Shown here: positions 36,875 through 46,913 of the stretch, piece after piece
Numbering within the stretch: the stretch's first letter is position 1
Layout: the number at the start of each line of letters is the position of its first letter
Assembly: GCA_963737905.1 (NCBI GenBank)
Contig: CAVTUQ010000040.1
Coordinates: forward strand, 61,870 to 125,869
From: an uncultured delta proteobacterium
Lineage (GTDB): Bacteria; Desulfobacterota; Binatia; UBA9968
Direction of reading: 5' to 3'
Length of the DNA: 64,000 nucleotides
Notes under the pieces: generated by a model
What the model was told of the DNA's origin: nothing
What the model saw: the letters and a program-made list of their open reading frames with translations, nothing else
The model's database searches: none
Translations under genes and position numbers: made by a program

Positions 36875-37752
36875 AATACGCATTCTACCCCGGCTGCGTT
36901 TCCCGCGGAGGCTGTCCGGAGCTTTATCCATCGGCGGTCAAAGTCGCTGAAAAACTGGGAATCGAACTTGACGAGCTGAAGAGCGTAGGGTGTACCGGAG
37001 CCGGTGTGCTTCCCCAGAACATCACCGATCCGATCAACGCTAGAACCTTCGCCAAAGCCGAACAGCTGGGGCTGCCGATCATGACCATATGCAGCACCTG
37101 TACGGGAGTGATGGCTCAAGCGAACTACCGGCTCAAGGAAGATCCGGATTACCGGGAAAAAGTGAATAAAGAATTCCTCGCGGACGAGGGCCTGGAATAC
37201 AAGGGAACTACCGAGGTGAAACATCTGCTGTGGGTTCTCTTCGAAGACTATGGGATCGAGCGTCTGCAGTCGTTGATACAAAGACCCCTCAAGGGTCTCA
37301 AAATATCGCCCTTTTATGGCTGCTATTTGCGCCGTCCCCCCGAAGCCATAACCCCGACAAAGGAACTTAGCCGACGGAAAAGCTATCTGGATGAACTCAT
37401 AGGTATTCTAGGCGCCGAAATGGCGGACATCAGCGGCAAGGGAAAGTGTTGTGGCTTTCCGATCCTTTCGGCCAACGAGGAAAACTCTCTGGCGATGGTG
37501 GCGAAGCACACCGGCGAGTCCAAAGAGAAGGGTGCTGATTTTATGGTGACTCCCTGCCCCCTTTGCCACCTAAACTTGGATGGGAATCAACAGAGAGCAG
37601 AGGCACAAACAGGGAAAGAGATTGATCTTCCAATACTCCACTTGCCTCAGTTCGTAGGTTTGGCCCTGGGTTTTGATCCCAATGAGATGAACCTCAAGCG
37701 GCATATCGTCTCGACGAGCGATGTCGAGTCGAAAGTCAGCATGATGTCCTGA
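36871..37752 (+). CDS. CCG-domain (HdrB-like/SdhE) subunit
   Basis: YAFYPGC, CTGAG, CSTC, FYGC, CCG and CPLCHLNLD. Confidence 0.9.
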   Translation: MKYAFYPGCVSRGGCPELYPSAVKVAEKLGIELDELKSVGCTGAGVLPQNITDPINARTFAKAEQLGLPIMTICSTCTGVMAQANYRLKEDPDYREKVNKEFLADEGLEYKGTTEVKHLLWVLFEDYGIERLQSLIQRPLKGLKISPFYGCYLRRPPEAITPTKELSRRKSYLDELIGILGAEMADISGKGKCCGFPILSANEENSLAMVAKHTGESKEKGADFMVTPCPLCHLNLDGNQQRAEAQTGKEIDLPILHLPQFVGLALGFDPNEMNLKRHIVSTSDVESKVSMMS

Positions 37753-37858
37753 CAGAAAAGCTGGAGTATTCGAGTGATGGAGTAAAGGACTAAATGGGTT
37801 AAGGGAGTGTTGTTTCTAACACCCATCACTCCAGTACTCCATCACCCCACTTTCCCCT

Positions 37859-38062
37859 ATGGAAGCGGCTGAAAAAAAAATCAACCCTATCGTACTGGCC
37901 CAGGAGATCATCAAGTTTCGTAAGGAGAAACACCCCTACGGTTACAATTACGCGGTAAAGATCCGCCTCGGTCACGCAGAGATCCAAGACCTTACCGCGG
38001 TCGCCGACATCCTCGCTGCGATAGAAGAACTCGGCTACACGGTCGTCAGAAAGCGCAACTAA
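37859..38062 (+). CDS. Small hypothetical protein
   Basis: 67-aa ORF between the two SQOR gene sets. Confidence 0.55.
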   Translation: MEAAEKKINPIVLAQEIIKFRKEKHPYGYNYAVKIRLGHAEIQDLTAVADILAAIEELGYTVVRKRN

Positions 38063-38109
38063 ACCAAGCCTTCGATCTCATATCTACCCACTAGAATGCT
38101 ACGCGAACC

Positions 38110-38136
38110 TTGACACCTAGTAGATCAGCATATAAT
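38110..38136 (+). promoter_or_regulatory. Possible sigma70 promoter for frdABCD
   Basis: TTGACA (38110) and TATAAT (38131) with a short 15-bp spacer; the ATG follows about 10 nt later. Confidence 0.4.
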
Positions 38137-38146
38137 AGAACTCAAA

Positions 38147-39877
38147 ATGTTTACTCATGACATTGTCATCGTCGGCGGCGGCGGAGCGGGCCTGCGCGCC
38201 GCGATTGCGGCGGCAGAAGGGTCGAGCAAGCTGTCCATTGCATTGGTCTCCAAAGTCTATCCGATGCGGAGCCACACGGTTTCTGCTGAAGGAGGAACTG
38301 CGGCAGTTCTTCGCGAATTCGATAGCCTCGATCTCCACGCGAAGGACACCATTTTTGGCGCCGACTTTGTAGCGGACCAAGATGCCGTCGAGGCTTTTGT
38401 CAAGGAGGCTCCCGGAGAGCTCATCCAACTTGAGCACTGGGGATGTCCCTGGAGCCGCGACTCAGACGGCCGGGTGAGCGTCCGATCTTTCGGCGGGATG
38501 AGCGTCGATCGGACCCTGTTTGCCGCCGACAAGACGGGATTCCATCTTCTGCATACCCTTTTCCAAACCTCCCTCAAGTACGACAATATCATCCGCTACG
38601 ATGAGTGCTTTCTCACCTCGTTGCTGGTCGACGATGGTAAGGTGTGCGGGGTCACATCCATCAACCTTTATACAGGCCGAGTCGAAGTTATTGTGGGCAA
38701 AGCCGTTATCCTGTGCACGGGCGGAGGCGGCCGCATCTTCCCTTTCACCACCAATGCGGCGATCAACACTGGGGACGGAATGGCCGTGGCTTATCGAGCG
38801 GGAGTCGCGCTCAAAGATATGGAGTTTGTTCAGTACCATCCCACGGGCTTGCCGGGAACGGGCATCTTGATTACGGAAGCCTCACGCGGTGAAGGCGGAT
38901 GGCTAAAAAACAAAGATGGCTACCGCTACCTTCAGGACTACGGTCTTGGACCGCCAACAGATCAGCCCACGCATCGCAAGATGGAACTGGGGCCCCGGGA
39001 CATTCTTTCGCGCTGCCATATGCAGGAGCTGGCCAAAGGCCGCACGTTTGAGGGACCTTACGGTCATTACGTGCATCTCGACCTGCGCCATCTCGGCGAG
39101 GAAGTGATCAACAGGAAACTACCCTTTGTCCGAGAGCTCGCAAGCAAATACGTCGGCATAGATCCTGTCTATGAGCCGATTCCGGTACGGCCGGTGGTGC
39201 ACTACATGATGGGCGGTATCTCAACGGATATTAACGCCAAAACAAGCTTGGCGGGACTCTATGCCGCCGGGGAAACCGCGTGCGTTTCAATCAATGGCGG
39301 CAACCGGTTGGGTTCCAACTCCCTGACCGAGCTGTTGGTTTTCGGGACCCGGGCAGGTCGCGCAGCAGCCGCCTTTGCCGGCACCGCTTCCGCTCCGGCG
39401 TCAGCCGCGATCGACGCGCTGGCTGCGGACGAACAACGGCGTCTTGATCGTCAGTTCTTGCGGAAGGATAGTGGAAAAGAAAGAATCGCAACCATTCGCC
39501 AGGAGATGCAGAAAACGATGGAGGAAGGGGCGGGAATCTATCGTGACGAGCAAAGGATGGAGAAGACTTGCAGGACGCTGAGAAATCTTAGAGAACGGTT
39601 CAAGGACATCATCATTGAAGATCGAGGCAGCACCTTCAACACCGAGGTCATGAACGCACTTGAACTTGATTTCATGCTGGATGTCGCCGAGGCGGTCGCG
39701 AATTCTGCCCTAAAGCGCAAGGAGTCCCGTGGCTCTCATACTCGAACAGACTTCCCTAAACGCGACGACGAGAATTTCTTAAAACATACTCTAGCTTATC
39801 GAACACCGGATGGACCGAAGATCGAATACCTGCCAGTCACCATCACCCGATGGCAACCGGAGGAGCGAAAGTATTAG
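38147..39877 (+). CDS. frdA: Fumarate reductase/succinate dehydrogenase flavoprotein
   Basis: [10 protein letters not shown] (covalent-FAD His), [27 protein letters not shown] and NRLGSNSL. Confidence 0.95.
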   Translation: MFTHDIVIVGGGGAGLRAAIAAAEGSSKLSIALVSKVYPMRSHTVSAEGGTAAVLREFDSLDLHAKDTIFGADFVADQDAVEAFVKEAPGELIQLEHWGCPWSRDSDGRVSVRSFGGMSVDRTLFAADKTGFHLLHTLFQTSLKYDNIIRYDECFLTSLLVDDGKVCGVTSINLYTGRVEVIVGKAVILCTGGGGRIFPFTTNAAINTGDGMAVAYRAGVALKDMEFVQYHPTGLPGTGILITEASRGEGGWLKNKDGYRYLQDYGLGPPTDQPTHRKMELGPRDILSRCHMQELAKGRTFEGPYGHYVHLDLRHLGEEVINRKLPFVRELASKYVGIDPVYEPIPVRPVVHYMMGGISTDINAKTSLAGLYAAGETACVSINGGNRLGSNSLTELLVFGTRAGRAAAAFAGTASAPASAAIDALAADEQRRLDRQFLRKDSGKERIATIRQEMQKTMEEGAGIYRDEQRMEKTCRTLRNLRERFKDIIIEDRGSTFNTEVMNALELDFMLDVAEAVANSALKRKESRGSHTRTDFPKRDDENFLKHTLAYRTPDGPKIEYLPVTITRWQPEERKY

Positions 39878-39998
39878 CAGGCCGCTGAAAAAGATACTTC
39901 GCATATGGCTTATCGCTTATGGCATATAGTTGGAACATACGAACCATACGCTATTAGCTATACGCGATAAGCCTTTAGCAATTTTCTACGAGGAGACA

Positions 39999-40742
39999 AT
40001 GGCTGAACCGACCATCACATTGAACGTTACCCGCTATCGACCTGGGCAAGATCAGGCTCCAACAACGCAAGCCTACGCCGTTCCTTACAAGCAGGATTGG
40101 GTTGTTCTCGATGCTTTAAACCATATCAAGGATCAAATGGACGGAACTCTGAGCTATCGTTGGTCTTGCCGGATGGGGGTATGCGGGAGCTGCGGCATGA
40201 TGGTCAACGGCACTCCTAAACTGACCTGTGCCGCATTCCTGCGCGACTACTACCCGCACGAGATCCGCGTCGAGCCCCTGGTCAACTTTCCCATCATCCG
40301 AGATCTGGTGATCGACATGAGCGATTTCCTAGACAAGTTAAAGAGTGTGAAACCCTGGATCATCCGCAAGCAGGAAAAACCCGTCGCTCAAGGCGAGTAC
40401 TTGCAAACCCCTGCGGAACTCGAGGCTTTCCACCAGTTCACCCAGTGCATAAACTGTATGCTGTGCTATGCCGCTTGCCCGGTTTACGGGCTGGAGCCGA
40501 AGTTTTTGGGTCCGGCCGCCATCGCCCTCGGCTATCGCTACAACATGGACTCGCGGGATCAGGGCAAGGAGCAGCGCGCTGTGATTGGCAACCACGATGG
40601 CATCTGGGACTGTACTTTTGTGGGGGAATGCAGCGTGGTGTGTCCTAAAGACGTTGATCCGGCGGCTGCCATACAACGCTCGAAGGTAGACACCACCAAG
40701 AACTGGCTTCAGTCAATCCTGATGCCCTGGGGGCAGCGATGA
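39999..40742 (+). CDS. frdB: Fumarate reductase Fe-S subunit
   Basis: [24 protein letters not shown] and [12 protein letters not shown]; AGGAG RBS before ATG 39999. Confidence 0.95.
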   Translation: MAEPTITLNVTRYRPGQDQAPTTQAYAVPYKQDWVVLDALNHIKDQMDGTLSYRWSCRMGVCGSCGMMVNGTPKLTCAAFLRDYYPHEIRVEPLVNFPIIRDLVIDMSDFLDKLKSVKPWIIRKQEKPVAQGEYLQTPAELEAFHQFTQCINCMLCYAACPVYGLEPKFLGPAAIALGYRYNMDSRDQGKEQRAVIGNHDGIWDCTFVGECSVVCPKDVDPAAAIQRSKVDTTKNWLQSILMPWGQR

Positions 40743-40815
40743 CCCAATCGACTGGACTCAAGGTCATCGTTCGACTGAGGCGCTCACGACTCGAAGTCCC
40801 GAGGAGGATCGAAGG

Positions 40816-41229
40816 ATGAGCGGCACCCGGCCCGACCCATCTAAACTCTATCGTCCCAAGATGCCGGCCACGTGGTGGCTGAAAAAAAAGAGTTATTTTC
40901 TTTTTATGCTGCGCGAGCTTTCGAGCGTCTTCATCGCCCTTTTTCTTCTCGTTTACCTCTACCAGATTTATCAGCTCACCCGGGGACCTGAGAGCTACGC
41001 CGCCTTTACTCAAAAGCTGGCCTCGCCGGGATGGCTTCTTTTCCACCTCGTGGCCCTGCTGTTCGCCGTATATCACAGCATTACGTGGTTTCAATCCTCG
41101 GCCGTAGTCCTACCGGTGCGGCTAGGAGAACATTGGGTTCCACGCCAGACTGTCACCGCATTGCATATCGGCGCCTGGGTGGTGATATCGCTGGGAGTTT
41201 TATTTTTATTTCTTGCGCTTAAAAACTGA
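40816..41229 (+). CDS. frdC: Fumarate reductase membrane anchor C
   Basis: YRPKMPATWWLKK..YFLFMLRELSS and HSITWF; 3 TM segments. Confidence 0.92.
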   Translation: MSGTRPDPSKLYRPKMPATWWLKKKSYFLFMLRELSSVFIALFLLVYLYQIYQLTRGPESYAAFTQKLASPGWLLFHLVALLFAVYHSITWFQSSAVVLPVRLGEHWVPRQTVTALHIGAWVVISLGVLFLFLALKN

Positions 41230-41232
41230 ACC

Positions 41233-41568
41233 ATGACTACGGAAAAAACAACGGAACCTTTTTGGTGGGGGCTTTTCTCGGCGGGAGGCGTGGTCGCCGC
41301 CTTTCTGGTACCCATTCACATCCTCCTCGTTGGCTTTGCGCTACCCCTCGGCTGGACTACCGACACCGGGGCGCTCTATAGGAACGGGTGGGTAAAAATC
41401 TATCTGTTCGTTTTGATCGTCCTCCCTCTCTACCACTGGGCCCATCGCTTCTACTTTACTCTGAATGACATGGGGCTAAAACCCATTCATAAGGTTCTGG
41501 CCGTGCTGTGTTACGGCGGAGCGATCATCGGAACCGCTGTTACGGCATGGGTCCTTCTGAAGGTATGA
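41233..41568 (+). CDS. frdD: Fumarate reductase membrane anchor D
   Basis: EPFWWGLFSAGG, HWAHR and LCYG. Confidence 0.92.
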   Translation: MTTEKTTEPFWWGLFSAGGVVAAFLVPIHILLVGFALPLGWTTDTGALYRNGWVKIYLFVLIVLPLYHWAHRFYFTLNDMGLKPIHKVLAVLCYGGAIIGTAVTAWVLLKV

Positions 41569-41579
41569 CCTCAGCCAGG

Positions 41580-42644
41580 CCATCGTTAGTATGGCTGGGG
41601 TGGATTTTGTGGCGTGCATTAAAGCTCGATGAGCAGTGCGAAGCGCTGTTGGCATCCAAGCGCGAGACGGTGGGGTGGGCGGAGGTGATTGCCATTTTGG
41701 TGATTGGGCGGCTGTGCGAGCCTTCAAGCGAGTTGCACGTGGCCGAGCAGTGGTATCGCAGCACGGCGCTACAAGATCTGCTTGGGGTAGCCGTTGAGGA
41801 CATCTACGACGAGCGTTTGTATCGAGCGCTGGATCGGCTGTTACCGCACAAGGAGGCCCTTGAAAAACATCTGGTCAAGCGTTTGGGGGAGCTATTTGAA
41901 CTGGACTACGATCTATTGCTTTACGATATCACCAGCACGTACTTCGAAGGGGTAGCCGATCCCGCCATTGCCAAGCGCGGCTACAGTCGCGACCATCGGC
42001 CCGATTGCGTACAGGTCAATATCGCGCTGGTGGTGAGCCGGGAGGGTATGCCGCTGGGCTATGAGATTTTCGCCGGCAACACCATCGATGTCACCACAGT
42101 CCAACAGATTGTTGAGAAGATGGAGGATCGGTTTGGGAAAGCGAACCGGGTATGGGTCATGGACCGAGGGATGGTGAGTGCTGAGAACATCAGCTGGCTT
42201 AACGCAACGGGGCGCCGCTATGTGATTGGGACGGCGCGTGCGGAGCTTGGCCGTTTTGCCAAACAGATGGCCGAGAAAACCGATTGGCATCAGATCCGCG
42301 AAGATATCGAAGTCAAAATATGTCGTGGACTAGATGGACGCGAGACCTTCCTTTTGTGTCGTTCGGCCAGTCGCAGCGAAAAAGAGAAAGCGATGCACGA
42401 ACGGTTCTCCAAGCAGATTGAAGAAGGGTTACAATCGCTTGGCCGACGCATCGGGAAAAGCAAAAAGGCCTTGGACCGCGGACAGATCGAGCGCCAGATC
42501 GGGCGGCTGTTGGGGCAAAGCTCCCGGGCTGCGGCGCGCTACTCGATTTCACTTTTAGAAGATAAGACCACGCCCGCGGGAGTTAATCTCAAATGGAACA
42601 CACGCCCGGAGTGGGACGATTGGGCCGGGCTCACTGAAGTGTAG
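41580..42644 (+). mobile_element. IS1634-family DDE transposase, internal fragment
   Basis: RLCEPSSEL, LLYDITSTYFEG, GYSRDHRPDC and VMDRGM. The N-terminus and the C-terminal catalytic-Glu region are missing. Confidence 0.85.
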
Positions 42645-42918
42645 GGCTAGGGCATTCGCCACGAACTATTCTTACCGAGTTTTCGCGCATTCAATCGGCG
42701 GATATCGTGTTGCCACTGGCGGACGGCTCGGCGCGTGAGATAAAGCTTCGCTGTGTGGTCCGACCTGACCGCGAACAGGAGTTGCTCCTACAACGCCTCG
42801 GACTGACTCTCCCCGAGCGACTCCGTCCACCTACAGGAACCCCAAATGTAGTGGCGACCTGAAGAGCTAACTAGACCTGACACCCCGCGGGCGAAATTTT
42901 TCGGAGCCCCTCAACTTC

Positions 42919-43473
42919 CTACTTCTTACGAGCGCCGGATCTCTGCAGGTAGCGTTCCACCCAGAACTCGTACAAACTGGCCGCGGATACGGTCTCCTCC
43001 CTCCTCTCCCCGTCAACAGTGTCGTACTGAATAGCGAGCGACTCTCCATACCGGGCGATCTTAACTAGTCGGGCCTTTTTTTGTTCAACATAGGCGCCGA
43101 TCGTGCGGAGGAGCTGAGAGAGACTGGCTACGTCCGGCACACCGGCGACGCTCTGTCGCTTCGCTTTTCCTTGTCGCTCCAATCGATCCATGTCTTTACG
43201 TGTGTAGCGCAGATTGAGCTTGGCCGGCCATGTGGACATGGCAAACTCTATCTCCGACTCAGACGCTCTTTCTCCGGGAAGCGATTCCCACACATATTTG
43301 ATGACTCTTTCCCGTATCGCCTGAGCTTCCTCCTGTTCCGGTGACGTGACTGCGCTCCCGCGGACGAGAAAGTCCCGACCGGTAAACTCCATTATAAAGG
43401 TCCCGAATTCGAGAACCTCCAGAGCCTGTCCGATGGCTCGCAAAAGCTGAGCGTGCTCACGGGATTGGGTCAC
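42919..43473 (-). CDS. Hypothetical protein with an internal repeat (QLLRxIG twice)
   Basis: AQLLRAIGQALE and SQLLRTIGAYVE; GAGG RBS. Confidence 0.7.
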   Translation of the reverse strand: MTQSREHAQLLRAIGQALEVLEFGTFIMEFTGRDFLVRGSAVTSPEQEEAQAIRERVIKYVWESLPGERASESEIEFAMSTWPAKLNLRYTRKDMDRLERQGKAKRQSVAGVPDVASLSQLLRTIGAYVEQKKARLVKIARYGESLAIQYDTVDGERREETVSAASLYEFWVERYLQRSGARKK

Positions 43474-43589
43474 AACGCCTCTTTATTGTTGCGTTTGCCA
43501 GTGACACGGGTGTGGCTTCGGTAAACCGACGACCATCGATTATGCATCGGTCGGCGACGGATCTCCAGTGATCGGGAGACCACCGCTTT

Positions 43590-44762
43590 CTAATTGCTGC
43601 GCAAACGGAAGGCGGCATTGGACTTCAACATGTCGAGCTTTGGCTCTTCCCGTCCGCTGCCGTTCGACGACGGTTGGAGTTGATCGGCCTCTTCGTCGCC
43701 CTTCAAGCCCGCAAGCTTGATTTTCAGGCGCAGATTGTTAGCGCTATCGGCGTTAATCAGCGCTTGGTCAAGACTGATTTTTCCTTCTTTATAGAGCATG
43801 AAGAGCGCTTGATCGAAGGTCTGGCAACCCTCCTGCACTCCCTGTTCCATAGCTTCTTTCAGAATATCCACGTCGCCTTTTTTTATGAGATCTCTGACGC
43901 GCGGGGTATCCATCAAGATCTCCAGCGCCGCGACTCGCTTGCCATCCACAGAAAGTATGAGCCGCTGCGAGACAATTGACCGGAGGTTCAAGGAAAGCTG
44001 GAGATAAATTTGCGCGTGCCGCTCCAGGGGAAAAAAATTCATAATCCGCTCGATCGCCTGGTTGGCGTTGTTCGAGTGAAGGGTTCCCAGGCAAAGGTGT
44101 CCCGTCTCGGCGAATGTGACCGCGGCTTCCATAGTTTCCGTATCGCGAATTTCGCCGATGAGAATGACATCGGGCGCTTGACGCAGGGTGTTTTTGAGCG
44201 CGGACTGGAACGAATGGGTGTCGAATCCAACCTCCCGCTGAGTGACGATGGATTTTTTGTGACGGTGGACAAATTCGATGGGGTCTTCGATGGTAATGAT
44301 GTGACCTGATTCGGTAGCGTTACGATAGTCGACCATGGCGGCCAGAGTAGTCGATTTGCCGGACCCCGTGGCGCCGACCACCAGCACCAGTCCGCGCTTC
44401 GACATGGTGATTTCTTTCAGTATGTCCGGCAACCCGAGTTCCTCTAGAGACGACACTTCGGCCTTCACCCGCCGAATAACCATACCCGCCGAGCCCCGCT
44501 GGCGAAAAACGTTGACACGAAAGCGACTGACCCCGGGGAGAGACATGGCCATATTCAATTCCAGTTGTTCGCCGTACTCTCGAAGCTGGGATTCACTCAT
44601 AACAGACTTTACCAGGGTCTCGAGTTCCTGCGGGTTAAAGATGTGATCGCCGATGGATCGTATTTTCCCCTCGATGCGATAGGTCGGAGGCCTTGCCACT
44701 GTAAGATAAAGATCCGACGCTTCGTTATCGACCATGACTTTAAAGAGCTCTTTTATATCCAT
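43590..44762 (-). CDS. pilU: Type IV pilus retraction ATPase PilU
   Basis: GATGSGKSTT, EDPIE, LRQAPDVILIGEIRD and TLHSNNANQAIERI. Confidence 0.93.
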   Translation of the reverse strand: MDIKELFKVMVDNEASDLYLTVARPPTYRIEGKIRSIGDHIFNPQELETLVKSVMSESQLREYGEQLELNMAMSLPGVSRFRVNVFRQRGSAGMVIRRVKAEVSSLEELGLPDILKEITMSKRGLVLVVGATGSGKSTTLAAMVDYRNATESGHIITIEDPIEFVHRHKKSIVTQREVGFDTHSFQSALKNTLRQAPDVILIGEIRDTETMEAAVTFAETGHLCLGTLHSNNANQAIERIMNFFPLERHAQIYLQLSLNLRSIVSQRLILSVDGKRVAALEILMDTPRVRDLIKKGDVDILKEAMEQGVQEGCQTFDQALFMLYKEGKISLDQALINADSANNLRLKIKLAGLKGDEEADQLQPSSNGSGREEPKLDMLKSNAAFRLRSN

Positions 44763-44777
44763 AAATTTACGCTAGCT

Positions 44778-45857
44778 TCAGCGACCCTGGGCGGCGGTAA
44801 CTCCTCCCATACCCAACCCACCACCGAACAGGTTCGGATTCATGCTCTTCGCCTGCGCTTCTTCCTTACTCACAAGGCTACGTGAAACCAAATTTTGGAG
44901 CGCCATGTCCATCGTCTGCATGCCGTCCTTTTGGCTCACCTGCATCGTTCCTGGAATCTGATGGATCTTGCCCTCCCGAATGAGATTCCGAACCGCCGTG
45001 GTGCCCGTCATGATCTCCAACGCCGCCAAGCGCCCACCGCCTTTTTTCTTGAGCAAAGTTTGCGTGACTACCGCTTCAACGGACTCGGCGAACTGCGCCC
45101 GAATCTGCGCCTGCTGATTGGGCGGAAAAACGTCGATGATACGATCCACCGTCTTCGGAGCACTGGATGTATGCAATGTACCAAATACGATATGACCGGT
45201 TTCCGCCGCAGTGAGCGCGAGCTGAATGGTTTCGAGATCGCGCATTTCACCGACCAGAATAATATCTGGATCCTCACGTAACGCGGCGCGCAGCGCGTTG
45301 GCAAATGAATCTGTGTGGGGTCCCAACTCACGTTGGTTCACGAGACACTTTTTGGACTGATGCACGAACTCAATGGGATCTTCGACGGTCAGAATATGCC
45401 CTTCGAAACTTTCGTTAAGATAGTCAACCATGGCGGCTAGCGTGGTCGATTTTCCTGACCCCGTAGGGCCGGTAACCAGGATCAATCCCTTTTCCTTTTC
45501 GCACAACTGCTTCAATATCGGGGGCATCTCCAACTGCTCCAGGGTCAGAATCTTGGTTGGAATTGTACGAAAAACCGCGCCCTCGCCTTTGCGCTGCATA
45601 AAAACGTTGACACGAAAGCGCGCCACCGCACCCATTTCAAACGAAAAATCACATTCGTGAGTTTCTTCGAAGGCTTTGCGTTGCGCGTCGTTCATGATGT
45701 CGTAAACCAGCGCGTGAGCTTGTTCATTCGTGAGGGGCGGGTGGTCCAGCTTTTTGAGATCACCGTGAATACGAATCATGGGCGGTTCACCCGCGCTCAG
45801 ATGACAATCCGAGGCGCCCTGCTCGACACCAAAAGCCAATAGTTGGGTAATATCCAT
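44778..45857 (-). CDS. pilT: Type IV pilus retraction ATPase PilT
   Basis: GPTGSGKSTT, LREDPDIILVGEMRD, AVRNLIRE (AIRNLIRE motif) and GMQT. Confidence 0.96.
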   Translation of the reverse strand: MDITQLLAFGVEQGASDCHLSAGEPPMIRIHGDLKKLDHPPLTNEQAHALVYDIMNDAQRKAFEETHECDFSFEMGAVARFRVNVFMQRKGEGAVFRTIPTKILTLEQLEMPPILKQLCEKEKGLILVTGPTGSGKSTTLAAMVDYLNESFEGHILTVEDPIEFVHQSKKCLVNQRELGPHTDSFANALRAALREDPDIILVGEMRDLETIQLALTAAETGHIVFGTLHTSSAPKTVDRIIDVFPPNQQAQIRAQFAESVEAVVTQTLLKKKGGGRLAALEIMTGTTAVRNLIREGKIHQIPGTMQVSQKDGMQTMDMALQNLVSRSLVSKEEAQAKSMNPNLFGGGLGMGGVTAAQGR

Positions 45858-46083
45858 GGGCAGTTAAGCTCCTATCCTAAAATCGGCGGAATGTTTTGCT
45901 GAACGATATTTGGAATCCCTTGTGGAACTAATCGGCTGAACGGCGAAAAACCTGAGCAATAATAATACCATTAAAATTTAGCCGGACTCAGTGACAATAA
46001 CCGTCGAGCCACCGGCCGCGTATTCTTGCCTTTTCTCGGAAAAGTAGCTACTTATGCTCATTTCTTACGTTTTTATTGGAATT

Positions 46084-46857
46084 ATGCTCCAGCACAAAAT
46101 TGCTCTAGTGACGGGAGGGGGCACGGGTATCGGAAAGGCCATTGGACTGCAAATGGCCAAAAATCGCGCAAAAGTCGCCATCGCCTCCCGTGATCGTTCC
46201 CACCTCGCAAGCGCCTGTGCCGAATTTGGAGCGCTTGGTCTAGGAGTCCTTCCAATCTCGATGGACGTGCGAAAAAAGCACGACATCCAGCGGGCAGTTG
46301 ATGAAATCGCCTCGAAATGGGGTGCCATTCATATCCTAGTGAACAACGCCGGAATCTCGGGCCTGAGCCTGATCGATGATCCCGACGACTCAAAATGGTT
46401 CAATATATTGGACACTAATTTGAATGGCACGTACCTTGTTACCAAAGAGGTATTGAGTCACATGCCAGACCATGATGGGGGAAGGGTCATCAATATCTCA
46501 TCGGTGCTCGGAAAATTTGGAGTTCCCGGTTACACCGCCTACTGCACAACCAAGCATGGCATGATCGGCTTCACTCGAGCCTTGGCGTTGGAAGTCGTTA
46601 GCCGGGGCATCACTGTCAATACCGTCTGCCCCGGTTGGGTGGATACCGAGATGGCAACGCAAGGGATAAACGAAACCGCAGCCGTTCAGGGCATCACGCC
46701 GGAAGAGTTCAAAGCGCAAGCCGTTGCCGGTGTGCCCATCAAGCGATTTTTAGAGGCCGATGAAATCGCGGAACTGGTTTGTTATCTTGTATCGGATCAG
46801 GCTAAGGGCATCACCGGCCAAGCGATTAACATTTGCGGCGGCCAGACGATGGTCTAG
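46084..46857 (+). CDS. Short-chain dehydrogenase/reductase (ketoacyl reductase-like)
   Basis: TGGGTGIG, NNAG, YCTTK and PGWVDT. Confidence 0.93.
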   Translation: MLQHKIALVTGGGTGIGKAIGLQMAKNRAKVAIASRDRSHLASACAEFGALGLGVLPISMDVRKKHDIQRAVDEIASKWGAIHILVNNAGISGLSLIDDPDDSKWFNILDTNLNGTYLVTKEVLSHMPDHDGGRVINISSVLGKFGVPGYTAYCTTKHGMIGFTRALALEVVSRGITVNTVCPGWVDTEMATQGINETAAVQGITPEEFKAQAVAGVPIKRFLEADEIAELVCYLVSDQAKGITGQAINICGGQTMV

Positions 46858-46913
46858 CAGGCTGCTCAAAAGAAAACCAAGACTTTTTTCTGTCAAGCTG
46901 ATAACAAGAAGTT

